Positions 52,206 to 61,769 of a DNA stretch of 64,000 nt are shown in pieces. The notes beneath the pieces were generated by a model. The model was not told the DNA's origin. It saw only the letters and a list, made by a program, of their open reading frames with translations, and searched no databases. The first letter of the stretch is position 1. Each line of letters starts with the position of its first letter. The position numbers and the translations under genes are program-made. Location of the stretch: positions 49,683 through 113,682 of the forward strand of contig JBJMOW010000001.1 in assembly GCA_045803545.1 (NCBI GenBank). Reading direction: 5' to 3'. The DNA comes from Gemmatimonadaceae bacterium (lineage in GTDB: Bacteria; Gemmatimonadota; Gemmatimonadetes; Gemmatimonadales; Gemmatimonadaceae).

Positions 52206-53104
52206 TGCGCTGACGTTTGCCTGAGTGTGCGTGAGTGAAACGCCGTGTTGTGGGCGTAGACCATCGCCGAGATGTCGGCGATCAACTTGCTGGACCTCGC
52301 GCCATCCTTAATCCCGCGAGTCAGTACAACCAGGACATAGGGAGCGCGGTCAGGCGGATACACGATCGCAGCGTCGTGTGCAACGGCTGTGATGTCGCCG
52401 GTTTTATGCGCAACCCGGATTCCGGGAGGCAAGCCCGCCGGGATGCGGTCGTTGAATTCCTGCGCGAGCAGCACCGAGAGCATCTCGCTCGATGCGTCGC
52501 CGGGCGCAGCCGTCCCGTCCTGAATTGCGTGGAGGACGATCGCGAGATCCCTTGCCGTCGTTGTGTTATTCAGGCCCCGCTCGAACGCCTTGCCATCTTC
52601 GACGCCGCGCAAAACCTGTATCCGATTCGCTCCGAGCTCACGCATGGTGCGTGTAACGGCATCCGCACCTACGAGCGTGATCAACGTGTTCGTAGCGAGG
52701 TTGCTCGAGCGCGTGATCATGCGCCACAGCAGCGAATCGACCCTTACACGCTCCCCCACTCTCTTGTATAGGCTCGAATCGCTATCAGATCCTGCATCGA
52801 GAGTGAATGGTGAGCCGTCCACCAGCGAAGCAAACTGATTCACGACGAGCAGCTCCTGATCCATGCGAAACGATCCGCTGCGAGCTCGACGAAATAGCTC
52901 AACCATCACCGGCACCTTCATGGTGCTTGCGGCGTGAAAGCCGGAGTCCGCGTTAAGGAGAAGGGTGTCGGAGGAACCCAGGTCCACATACGCGACTCCG
53001 ACGTACGCCCCGGAATCAGCAGCAACCCGCTGTTCGATTTGCCGCAGCAGTGAATCGTTGCTCTGTGTTGCGACGAGCAACGCTGCTGCCATCAGGAACG
53101 TCAT
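52202..53104 (-). CDS. Class A beta-lactamase-like serine hydrolase
   Basis: SxxK (ASTMK), SxN (SSN), KTG (AHKTG); N-terminal signal. Confidence 0.85.
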   Translation of the reverse strand: MTFLMAAALLVATQSNDSLLRQIEQRVAADSGAYVGVAYVDLGSSDTLLLNADSGFHAASTMKVPVMVELFRRARSGSFRMDQELLVVNQFASLVDGSPFTLDAGSDSDSSLYKRVGERVRVDSLLWRMITRSSNLATNTLITLVGADAVTRTMRELGANRIQVLRGVEDGKAFERGLNNTTTARDLAIVLHAIQDGTAAPGDASSEMLSVLLAQEFNDRIPAGLPPGIRVAHKTGDITAVAHDAAIVYPPDRAPYVLVVLTRGIKDGARSSKLIADISAMVYAHNTAFHSRTLRQTSAQ

Positions 53105-53119
53105 CTGGCCGGTTCGCCG

Positions 53120-54502
53120 TTAAGACGGAATCGTTACCGGTGCCGCGCCTGGCGCCACCTCTGCCCAAATGCTTTCGTTGTGCCGATCATCCAGAACGAG
53201 AGAGCCAACCACGAACGTGATGACTGCGACCCCAATCGGAAACGCGAGTCCCGCGTAGATATTTCCCGTCCGTGCGACGAGCGCCGTTGCAATGATTGGA
53301 AGAAATCCGCCGAACCAGCCATTACCGAAATGATAAGGAAGCGAGAGTGACGTGTACCGAATTTTGGCCGGGAACGCCTCTACGAGAAACGCGGCGATCG
53401 GCCCATACACCATCGTCACGAAAACCACCTGCACGAACACCAGCAATGTGAGCATGACCGCGTTCACTGGGCTCGAATACGCCTTCATAGCGTGATAGAT
53501 CGGCAGATAGAGAGTCGCGGCGAGAAGGTTCCCAGCCATCATGATCTTCTTGCGTCCGATGCGGTCCGAGAGGCTGCCAAAGAACACGAATAACGGCGCG
53601 CCCAGGACCAGCGCGATTGCGACGCAAACATAGGAGGTGACGAGTGGCACCTTCAGCACGGTTTGCAGGAAGAGCAGCGCGTAGAACTGCCCTGTGTACC
53701 ACACTACCGCTTGCCCCGCTGTAGCTCCAAAAAGAACCGCGAAAAAAATCTTCCAACGCGACCAGGTGCCGAAGCTTTCCTGGATCGGCGCGCGCGAGGT
53801 TCGACCGGATTCCTTGAGCGCCGCGAACAACGGCGATTCCCGCAACCGCACCCGAATGTAGTACGAGATCGCAAGCAGCAGGAGCGACAGGATGAACGGA
53901 ACTCTCCAGCCCCAGGCTTTGAACGCTGTTTCGCCAACGATCGCGCGTACTATCAGGATCACCGCCAGGGACACAAACAGGCCCAACGTAGCCGTTGTCT
54001 GGATGTAGCTCGTGTAATAACCGCGCTTCCCATCTGGCGCGTGCTCGGCAACGTAAACGGCCGCCCCACCGTACTCCCCGCCCAAAGCGAGACCCTGGAG
54101 TAAGCGGAGGAGAACCAGAATGATCGGAGCGGCGATTCCAATCGTGGCATAGCCGGGCAGAAAACCGATTGCCGCAGTCGACCCACCCATGATTAACAAA
54201 GTCGCGAGAAACGCGAACTTCCGTCCGATCAGATCACCGATTCTGCCGAACACCAGCGCCCCAAACGGGCGGACGGCGAAGCCCACGGCAAAAGTCGCCA
54301 GAGTTTTTAAAAAGGCCGCAGTCGGATTGCTGCCCGGGAAGAACTCAGTCGAGATAATTGCGGCCAGGCTTCCGAAAATGTAGAAGTCGTACCACTCGAT
54401 CATCGTGCCGACCGAGGATGCGGTAATCACCTTCCAGATTCCGCGTATTTCCCTTCGATCGCTGCCGGTGACTGCCGACGCTGACGTAACTCCGGATGTC
54501 AT
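53120..54502 (-). CDS. MFS transporter, metabolite:H+ symporter (MHS) family
   Basis: GTMIEWYDF, RPFG, GDLIGRK, LRLLQGLALGGEYGG, WGWRVPF. Confidence 0.92.
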   Translation of the reverse strand: MTSGVTSASAVTGSDRREIRGIWKVITASSVGTMIEWYDFYIFGSLAAIISTEFFPGSNPTAAFLKTLATFAVGFAVRPFGALVFGRIGDLIGRKFAFLATLLIMGGSTAAIGFLPGYATIGIAAPIILVLLRLLQGLALGGEYGGAAVYVAEHAPDGKRGYYTSYIQTTATLGLFVSLAVILIVRAIVGETAFKAWGWRVPFILSLLLLAISYYIRVRLRESPLFAALKESGRTSRAPIQESFGTWSRWKIFFAVLFGATAGQAVVWYTGQFYALLFLQTVLKVPLVTSYVCVAIALVLGAPLFVFFGSLSDRIGRKKIMMAGNLLAATLYLPIYHAMKAYSSPVNAVMLTLLVFVQVVFVTMVYGPIAAFLVEAFPAKIRYTSLSLPYHFGNGWFGGFLPIIATALVARTGNIYAGLAFPIGVAVITFVVGSLVLDDRHNESIWAEVAPGAAPVTIPS

Positions 54503-54531
54503 CGTGAGTGCTCCCTCCCCTTCCTCTCGCC

Positions 54532-55341
54532 TTAGCGTATCCAGCCGCGGCGTCTGTAGGAATCAGTGGCAAACGTTTCGTAGAGCCAGGAACGGAAAGC
54601 CCGGAACCGATCCTCCGGGGTGCTATGCGGATCCATACCCGATCCACGCAGCGCAGCTGGTACGCAAACAATCTGGAAGCCGACCGCCTCGAAGGTAGCA
54701 CACGCCCGACGGCTATGCATGGGCGACGTGACTACCGCAATGCGCCGCCAACCTCTGGCGTCGGCGATCTTTTTCATCTGTAGCGCTTCGGTTCGCGTTG
54801 TGAAAATTGAGTCGACGAAGACGATCGCCGGGGCACTCCCCGTCAGTTCAGCAATTGTCGCCAGATCCGCCGAATCGGAGACCGTGGCGGTGGCAAGACG
54901 AACGCGTTCGCGCGAGACCATAAGGATTGGCGCGACACCTTTGCGCAGCAGCTCTATCGCACTTAGCAGGCGATCGAGCGATTCGTTGCGCGCGAGACCA
55001 TCGGGGGTGACGCCCGCGGACAACGCCGCAATCGCGTCGACCCTTTGCGCTGCGGAATCGCTACGAATTAATGGGCGAGCCGCGTCTCGAACCAGCGGCG
55101 TATACGCTACCAGGACACAGACGACTCCGAGCAAGCCGGCACCGATCCATAGGAGCGTGCGCAGTCGGGTCGCACCCAGGGCCGCGCCGATGATCGCAGC
55201 GGGAAGAAAGAAACTTATCTCTGGTTTGCGCGTGAGCTGCTGGACGCCGAGGAGGTAGGCGGCGACGGCGCACAAGAGCCCAAGGACCGCTCCGGTCGCT
55301 AATTGTCGCGCAACGTTCTGATTTCGGGCGCCGTCCAGCAC
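54532..55341 (-). CDS. YdcF/ElyC/DUF218 family protein
   Basis: N-terminal TMs; TTRTEA, VVTSPMHSRRA, WLYE. Confidence 0.8.
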   Translation of the reverse strand: MLDGARNQNVARQLATGAVLGLLCAVAAYLLGVQQLTRKPEISFFLPAAIIGAALGATRLRTLLWIGAGLLGVVCVLVAYTPLVRDAARPLIRSDSAAQRVDAIAALSAGVTPDGLARNESLDRLLSAIELLRKGVAPILMVSRERVRLATATVSDSADLATIAELTGSAPAIVFVDSIFTTRTEALQMKKIADARGWRRIAVVTSPMHSRRACATFEAVGFQIVCVPAALRGSGMDPHSTPEDRFRAFRSWLYETFATDSYRRRGWIR

Positions 55342-55345
55342 GGCG

Positions 55346-55377
55346 AAAAATTTAAGCCGGCCAATCTCGGCCGGCTT
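55346..55377 (-). terminator. Hairpin/terminator after the 55384-55749 gene
   Basis: AAGCCGGCC-N6-GGCCGGCTT followed by AAATTTTT on the minus strand. Confidence 0.55.
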
Positions 55378-55383
55378 GGGAAG

Positions 55384-55749
55384 CTACTTCTTCGTAGGAG
55401 TCTGCCGGTCCTTTTGGGCGGCGTTGATCTGCTGCGCTGCCTTCTTTAGCGCCTCCTCAAGGACTCCTGATTGCTCGGCGATAACCTGTTGCGCCGTCGT
55501 CACGAATCCGGATGCGACGTTCATCGCTGCCGTTTTGATCTCGGGGTCCGATGCAATCCGCTGGGCGAGCGCCTGAACTGAGGCCGCCAATTGATCGAGC
55601 GACTTCTGCAGCTCGGGCGAGGGCTTGAACACGACCGAGTCTTTGGGTGTCGCCGACTTGGCGTGGCTGCTGGCCGGTTGCTGGGAACGCGCAGCGGATG
55701 CCGCCGCCAGGCCAGTTACCAGAACAAATAAAAGAGCAATACGTCTCAT
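55384..55749 (-). CDS. Hypothetical secreted helical protein
   Basis: Signal peptide MRRIALLFVLVTGLAAASAA; Ala/Gln-rich helices. Confidence 0.7.
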   Translation of the reverse strand: MRRIALLFVLVTGLAAASAARSQQPASSHAKSATPKDSVVFKPSPELQKSLDQLAASVQALAQRIASDPEIKTAAMNVASGFVTTAQQVIAEQSGVLEEALKKAAQQINAAQKDRQTPTKK

Positions 55750-55826
55750 TTTCGTTAAATAAGTAAGTTCAGGGACGCGCGCTAACCGGGAATTACCCCG
55801 TAACCATTGAAAAGGATCGCGCCAAA

Positions 55827-56333
55827 GTGATTATGCGTCAATCCGAGCACGAAAGCACGCCTTCGTACGCGGAAGACCTTCGCCGGGCCGTCGCCGATGC
55901 GACACCGCGGCTGATGGCGCTGAGCGATGCAGATGCGAAGCGTCGTCCGCGACCGGGAAAATGGTCGCCGGCCGAAATCATCGGCCACTTAATTGACTCT
56001 GCTTCGAACAATCATCAGCGATTCGTGCGCGCGCAGTTTCAGAATGATCTGGTCTTTCCGGGATACGATCAGGACGCTTGGGTTTTATTTCAAGCCTACG
56101 GGGACGCGCACTGGGTTGAGCTCGTCACACTCTGGAAAACTTTCAACATTCAGATCGCGCGGATTATGGAAAACTCTCCGGAATCAGTGAGAAAATCGCC
56201 GCGATCGAAGCACAATCTCGACAAACTCGCGTGGCAGCCCGTGCCCGCCGACAAGCCGGCGACGCTGGACTATTTCATGAACGACTACGTCGACCACCTC
56301 AAACATCATCTCACTCAGATCTTTCCCGACTAA
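55827..56333 (+). CDS. DinB/YfiT superfamily protein
   Basis: PGKWSPAEIIGHLIDS...HLKHH metal-binding pattern; the start may be ATG 55833. Confidence 0.85.
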   Translation: MIMRQSEHESTPSYAEDLRRAVADATPRLMALSDADAKRRPRPGKWSPAEIIGHLIDSASNNHQRFVRAQFQNDLVFPGYDQDAWVLFQAYGDAHWVELVTLWKTFNIQIARIMENSPESVRKSPRSKHNLDKLAWQPVPADKPATLDYFMNDYVDHLKHHLTQIFPD

Positions 56334-57385
56334 TTCACCCAGTCGGCGATGAAGATGTTCGTCTCGTGAGGATTGGCGTCATGCCGGTTTGACGCCCAAA
56401 CGAGCTTCTTGCCGTCGGGACTGAACATCGGGAAGCCGTCGAAGGTCGACGCTGTAGTGATCTGTTCGATCCCTGACCCATCGGGATTGATCAGGAACAA
56501 ATCGAAGTTTCCGAGCTTCGGATCGGTGTGGTGGTTCGACGAGAAGATGATTTTCCTTCCGTCCGGAGTCCACGATGGGCCAAAGCTCGCGGCGCCGAGA
56601 GTGGTGATCTGATGCTGATCGCTGCCGTCGGCGTTCATGATCCACAGATCCATCTTGTTCGGTCGCACCAGGCGCTGGACAAGAAGGTCCTTGTACGTGC
56701 TGATCGCATCAGGCGTCTGCGGGTGATTGGCGCGGTAGACGATTCGCTTGCCGTCGGGCGACCACCACGGGCCGCCATCGTATCCGAGCTGGTGCGTCAG
56801 TTGGCGAACATCGGTCCCGTCGACCTTCATAACGTAGATGTCCAGGTCCCCGCCTTTGAGGGACGTAAAGACAATCTTCTTTCCGTCGGGCGAAAGAACC
56901 CCCTCGGCGGTGTAGATGCCGAAGTTGGTGAGCCTGCGCGGCCGTGTCCCATCGGAGCCGCTCGTGTAGATGTCGAAGGGATCCAGTCGCCACACGTAGC
57001 CCTTCGACGGGTCCGGCCGCGGTGGACAGCTTGTCTCCAGCGCCTGACTGGAGGCGAAAAAGATCCGCCGGTCGCCATTCATGAAGTAGCCGCAGGTCGT
57101 CTTACCGACTCCGCTCGAGACGCGGCGAACGTGAGAGCCGTCGATGGCCATCACGTATTGCTGGTCGCAGGTGCGGCCTTCCCGGGTGCTTTGGAAAATC
57201 AGCCGCTTCCCATCATGACTGAAATAGGCCTCCGCATTCTCACCACCGTCGGTGAGCTGTTGGATGTTGCGGAGGTGATTCTCGCCCGGCTCGGGCTGCA
57301 GCGCGATCGGAAGCGGGGCGCCCTGGGCGCTCAGGGATCCAGCGGTGACAAGCCCGGCCACGAGAATTTCAAATTTCCTAAACAT
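56330..57385 (-). CDS. Secreted PD40/TolB-like beta-propeller protein
   Basis: Repeated FS/WS-PDGK...IVF units; GENAEAYFS, GKTTCGYF. Confidence 0.85.
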   Translation of the reverse strand: MFRKFEILVAGLVTAGSLSAQGAPLPIALQPEPGENHLRNIQQLTDGGENAEAYFSHDGKRLIFQSTREGRTCDQQYVMAIDGSHVRRVSSGVGKTTCGYFMNGDRRIFFASSQALETSCPPRPDPSKGYVWRLDPFDIYTSGSDGTRPRRLTNFGIYTAEGVLSPDGKKIVFTSLKGGDLDIYVMKVDGTDVRQLTHQLGYDGGPWWSPDGKRIVYRANHPQTPDAISTYKDLLVQRLVRPNKMDLWIMNADGSDQHQITTLGAASFGPSWTPDGRKIIFSSNHHTDPKLGNFDLFLINPDGSGIEQITTASTFDGFPMFSPDGKKLVWASNRHDANPHETNIFIADWVN

Positions 57386-57552
57386 TTTCTATACAAACGG
57401 CTGACACCGCGGTTTTTCGCGCAACGTATGGTGAGCGCAGAAGATAGCACGATCTAAGTAGTTCCAACCATTTCGCCTTTCCAACGGTCTAAGGATCGAA
57501 CGCCGGCCGCTCCGCTGCCGCTGGCCTAGCGCATTCACCCGCAGGAGCCGTC

Positions 57553-60291
57553 ATGCCCGTACTTCCGTCCATCACCGGCATCGCAGCAGCGTTGCTCGCG
57601 CTTACAGTTCCCTCCCTGGCCAGCGCGCAGACGACTACTCGCTCACAGAACGATCCGCGTCCCGTTGCCCAGGCGATGCTTCGACAGGGCGAGATCACTA
57701 TCGACGGCCGCATCGACGAAGCGGCGTGGGCAGCGGCAAAACCAATCACCGAGTTGTCGCAGTCGACACCGGATGAGGGCAAGGCGCCCAGCCAGCGAAC
57801 CGAGATCCGCATACTATACGATGCGAGTGCGCTCTACATCGCTGCCCGCATGTACGATTCGCTCGGCGCAAAGGGCGTTCGATCGGCGCTCGCACGCCGT
57901 GACCAGGTGATGAACGGAGGTAACAATCTCACCTCCGACCGAATCGCGTTCGTTTTCGACACCTTCCGCGACAAGAACAGCCGCACGTGGTTCGAGCTGA
58001 ACCCGGATGGTGTGAAGGGCGACCACCAGAACGGCGATGCGTCGTTCGACCCGGTCTGGGACGGGGCTGCCAAAGTGGATTCGCTCGGTTGGACCGCCGA
58101 ATTCAGAATTCCATTCTCTCAGCTGAAGTTTTCGCGCGCTGCCGACCAGGTGTGGGGAATGCAGATCTGGCGCGAGATCAATCGCCGCGCCGAGCAGGAC
58201 ATGTGGGCATTCTGGCGCAGCAACGAATACGGCGGGCCCGCGTACTTCGGAACCCTTCAAGGAATCAAGGTCGTTTCGCAACCGCGCCAGGTGGAGATCG
58301 TGCCCTACGCAACGACACGCAGCAAGCTCGAGCGCGCGCGGCCCGGCGATCCTTACCACTCGACGAACGAAATGCTTTACCGCGCTGGCGGCGATGTGAA
58401 GCTCAACCTCACCTCGAACCTGACGCTCGACGGAACGGTCAATCCCGATTTCGGTCAGGTGGAAGTGGATCCGGCAGTCGTCAACCTGTCGGTGTTCGAA
58501 ACGACCTTCAGCGAAAAGCGACCATTCTTTGTGTCCAATTCCGGGTATTTCTCCACCGGGGGGTTCAGTTGCTACTTCTGTAGTAACGTTTCGAGTTTGT
58601 CCTTGATCTATACCCGCCGCATCGGACGGTCGCCGCAATTGTCGGGTCTCGTCGCCGATCAATCCGATTTCATGGATGCGGCGGATGCAACGACGATTCT
58701 CGGCGCCGGCAAGGTCACCGGCCGTACCGCAGGTGGGTTGAGTGTCGGAGTGATGGACGCTCTGACGGCCAAGGAAGATGCGCGTTACCGCCCCATTGGG
58801 AGTACGACCGACGCGACACAGGAAGTCGAGCCGCTGACCAACTATTTCGTCTCGCGGCTTCGGCAGGATTTCAACGGCGGCAATACGCGCGTCGGTACGA
58901 TTACTACAATGGTCAACCGCTCGCTGACAAATCCGGACGAGGTCGCGCGACTCCGTTCAAATGCACAGGCGGGCGGTCTCGATCTCGATCATCACTGGGC
59001 CAATCGGACATATTCGTTCAACGTCCAGACGGCTATTAGTCATATCGGCGGCGACACCGCGGCTATTCGTCGTGCACAGTTCGCCAGCGCGCGTTACTAC
59101 CAGCGCCCCGGACGAACCAACACGACCGACGGCCTTTTCTCCACGGCGCTCGACCCAACGCGGCGCAACCTGTACGGATACGGGTTTTACACTCGACTGG
59201 CTAAAGAGACTGGCAACTGGCTGTGGGAAGCGACACAGAACTGGCGGAGTCCCGGCTTCGAGGCCAATGACCTCGGCGTGCTCAATCGCGCTGACTACAA
59301 GTTCATGTTGTTCAACGTCTTTCGGCAATGGACCACGCCGGGTCCGTTTTACCGCTCCCTTTACACCATCTGGGGCGCGCAGCAACAACACAACTTCGAC
59401 GGTGATCGCAATGACGTCGATTACCACGCCTGGGCGCAAGCGACATTCAAGAACTACATGGTTTGGGACGGCTTCGTGATGTCACACCCGAGCTATTACG
59501 ACGAACGCCTTACGCGCGGGGGACCGACAGTCATCCACTACGGATACAATCTGTACTCGACAGATTTCAGTACGGATTCACGCAAGCGGATCGTCGGGAA
59601 TTTCACAGTTCAGCGCAGCACTCCGCGCGACAACACCGAGGGCGGCCGCTGGTTCTACGCACCGGGTGTGACCGTTAAGCCCTCGTCGAGACTGCTGATT
59701 AGCCTCTCGCCGTCTCTCGATCTCAACAACACATCGCAGCAGTACGTGACGACGCAAGCCGACCCCACGGCGCCGACCGCTTTCGCCGGAAACCGTTATG
59801 TGTTCGGCCGGCTGCAGCAGAAAACGTTGTCGATGGATACGCGCGTCAACATGACCTTCACGCCGAACCTCACCTTGGAGATGTTCGCGCAGCCCTTCCT
59901 CGCCAGCGGCAAGTACTCGAGCTTCAAGGAATTCGCGGAAGTGAAATCGCGCAACATGAACTTCTACGGCCGGGACAATGGCAGCACGATCGCCACCAAT
60001 ACGGATCCGCAGACGGGAGCGGTTACCTACACCGTCGATCCTGACGGACCAGGGACGGCCGCGCCGTTCACTTTCGATGACCCGAATTTCAATCTGAGAT
60101 CGCTGCGCGGGACAGGTGTCCTACGCTGGGAATACCGGCCAGGCTCGACGCTGTACTTCGTCTGGACCCAGGAGCGGAGCGGGTTCGATCAATTCGGCGA
60201 TTTCAACTTTTCACGGGATCGGTCGGCGCTGTTTCGTGATCGGCCGACCAATATCTTCCAGATCAAGGGGACTTACTGGATCGGAAGGTAA
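57553..60291 (+). CDS. CBM9-like/DUF5916 domain outer-membrane protein
   Basis: Signal peptide; IDGRIDEAAW, GWTAEFRIPFSQL, TVNPDFGQVEVD, EKRPFF; aromatic C-terminal strand; AGGAG RBS. Confidence 0.85.
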   Translation: MPVLPSITGIAAALLALTVPSLASAQTTTRSQNDPRPVAQAMLRQGEITIDGRIDEAAWAAAKPITELSQSTPDEGKAPSQRTEIRILYDASALYIAARMYDSLGAKGVRSALARRDQVMNGGNNLTSDRIAFVFDTFRDKNSRTWFELNPDGVKGDHQNGDASFDPVWDGAAKVDSLGWTAEFRIPFSQLKFSRAADQVWGMQIWREINRRAEQDMWAFWRSNEYGGPAYFGTLQGIKVVSQPRQVEIVPYATTRSKLERARPGDPYHSTNEMLYRAGGDVKLNLTSNLTLDGTVNPDFGQVEVDPAVVNLSVFETTFSEKRPFFVSNSGYFSTGGFSCYFCSNVSSLSLIYTRRIGRSPQLSGLVADQSDFMDAADATTILGAGKVTGRTAGGLSVGVMDALTAKEDARYRPIGSTTDATQEVEPLTNYFVSRLRQDFNGGNTRVGTITTMVNRSLTNPDEVARLRSNAQAGGLDLDHHWANRTYSFNVQTAISHIGGDTAAIRRAQFASARYYQRPGRTNTTDGLFSTALDPTRRNLYGYGFYTRLAKETGNWLWEATQNWRSPGFEANDLGVLNRADYKFMLFNVFRQWTTPGPFYRSLYTIWGAQQQHNFDGDRNDVDYHAWAQATFKNYMVWDGFVMSHPSYYDERLTRGGPTVIHYGYNLYSTDFSTDSRKRIVGNFTVQRSTPRDNTEGGRWFYAPGVTVKPSSRLLISLSPSLDLNNTSQQYVTTQADPTAPTAFAGNRYVFGRLQQKTLSMDTRVNMTFTPNLTLEMFAQPFLASGKYSSFKEFAEVKSRNMNFYGRDNGSTIATNTDPQTGAVTYTVDPDGPGTAAPFTFDDPNFNLRSLRGTGVLRWEYRPGSTLYFVWTQERSGFDQFGDFNFSRDRSALFRDRPTNIFQIKGTYWIGR

Positions 60292-60297
60292 GGGAGA

Positions 60298-61419
60298 TTA
60301 CTCCGGAGTTGCCGACCCTCTAGAGCTGGCGGCCGAGGCGCTTTTCACCACGGAGCTTTTCGCCGAGGCCGCTTTGGCGGTCGGCTTCCGGCGAACCGTG
60401 CGACGGGAACGGCCTTTGTATACCCCACGTACCCACAACGCCTTGGTGCCACGAACGTCGATGTGGGCGAACGGTCCGCTACGACCCGAATACGCATATA
60501 GACCGGTACCGCCCACCAGTTCAGGGTACCGGGCTTCGACGCGGTCCACTGCATCGAGGATCATCTTCACGTCGGCGAAGCTCACTTTCCCATCGCCGTT
60601 CAGATCCGACATCTTGCCGTTCCCTTGCTGGTCGATAAAGACGTCGGCCGCGTCACCGAACTGGTGACGGCTGTCGCGAGCGCTGCCCTCGCCGCGGACG
60701 GCGAAATTGTGGGCCGGCGTGCGGAAACCTGAACGGATCCTCATGCCCTCGGCGTCGACGCCGTGCGCGTTAAGATCCTCGATCACCAGCTCCAGCTTGT
60801 CGAGAAGCGGCTCGCGAAGAACCAGGTACTTCGGCCAGACTTCTTTCTGGTCGTGGGAAACAAAGTCGCGGAGCCGGAAGTGCTCGGAGACGCGTGTATC
60901 CTCGTTCTCCGGGGTCACTTCGATAAAGCCTTCAGGATTCCGATACGCCTCGGATCTGAGTCTGCCTTTTTCCTGCGGCCAGTAGCCGAGTCGGTACCCG
61001 TTGAGCCAGGCGCGAACTTTTTGACCGAACGAGCGCATGGTGAACACCGTCTCCGCTGAGGCGGCCGGAGTCGATGCCAGAGATGCGCTACCGACCGAGG
61101 TCGGCGGAGTGGTACCCATCGCTATCCAGTCTTCCGGCATCACGAAGCGGGCAAAAACCTTCCCACTGAGACCCGTACCGTGATCGCCCGCCGACGACAT
61201 CAGGGACTTCTTGTCGGCCGGAGTCAGACTATCCGGGGAGACGCTGCCGTTGGCGACTGGGGGGTTGATCAGGGAATCAGCGTGAGTGGCGACAGCATTC
61301 GAGCTAGCCCGGTTGGCGCGCACGAAAATCTGGGCGCGAGCCGGGAGGGGGGCGACGATCCCGCAAAGAGCGGCGAGGATCGCAAGGGCAAAGCTGATTC
61401 TGCTCGAAACTGAATTCAC
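60298..61419 (-). CDS. Secreted peptidase M15A-type (D-Ala-D-Ala carboxypeptidase-like) protein
   Basis: SGFRTPAHN, SRHQFGDAADV, HIDVRG; signal peptide; basic C-terminal tail; GTG start after GAGGAG. Confidence 0.85.
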   Translation of the reverse strand: MNSVSSRISFALAILAALCGIVAPLPARAQIFVRANRASSNAVATHADSLINPPVANGSVSPDSLTPADKKSLMSSAGDHGTGLSGKVFARFVMPEDWIAMGTTPPTSVGSASLASTPAASAETVFTMRSFGQKVRAWLNGYRLGYWPQEKGRLRSEAYRNPEGFIEVTPENEDTRVSEHFRLRDFVSHDQKEVWPKYLVLREPLLDKLELVIEDLNAHGVDAEGMRIRSGFRTPAHNFAVRGEGSARDSRHQFGDAADVFIDQQGNGKMSDLNGDGKVSFADVKMILDAVDRVEARYPELVGGTGLYAYSGRSGPFAHIDVRGTKALWVRGVYKGRSRRTVRRKPTAKAASAKSSVVKSASAASSRGSATPE

Positions 61420-61427
61420 TAAACTGG

Positions 61428-61529
61428 CTCCTCTTCGGTAGCTCGACTGACGTAACGACTGGTTCCAGTCGCGGTAGTCTCGGGGCTTTGCGTCGCCGCT
61501 TTTCAGCGGGTTTGCCGGTTTTCGGAGGC
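61428..61529 (-). ncRNA. c-di-GMP-I (GEMM-I) riboswitch
   Basis: Minus strand GGCAAAC-CCGCT-GAAA-AGCGG-CGACGCAAAGC...GAGCTACCGAAGAGG, with a GAAA tetraloop and the GCAAAC / ACGCAAAGC / TACCG signatures. Confidence 0.9.
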
Positions 61530-61769
61530 GCCCGCAAGCTCAGCTGGGCGCGAACAATAAATTGACTGTTGGGGAAGGGTTTATGTAACTGTAGAGGTTA
61601 AACCCTGCTCACTAAGTACTCTAAGTCACGAGGCTTAAGCCGCTGAGATGGCTGAGCATGCGCCGTGATATTTGAAGTACATGATCACTTTGAGCGAAAC
61701 GCGGCGCGAGAACGCGCGACGGTCTTTGTTCGGCTCAGATCAACTGCGAAAAAACTGATGTACTGAGAC

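Noticed and set aside
52202..53104. Bona fide antibiotic-resistance beta-lactamase
   Set aside because: It has SxxK/SxN/KTG, but I cannot identify the class A omega-loop ExxLN motif; more likely a related serine hydrolase.
57386..57552. Possible riboswitch or ECF promoter upstream of the DUF5916 gene
   Set aside because: No recognisable aptamer consensus; the promoter-like match is too weak.
61576..61606. AGGGTTTA...TAAACCCT inverted repeat
   Set aside because: 8-bp arms with a long loop and no U-tract; cannot be assigned as terminator or operator.
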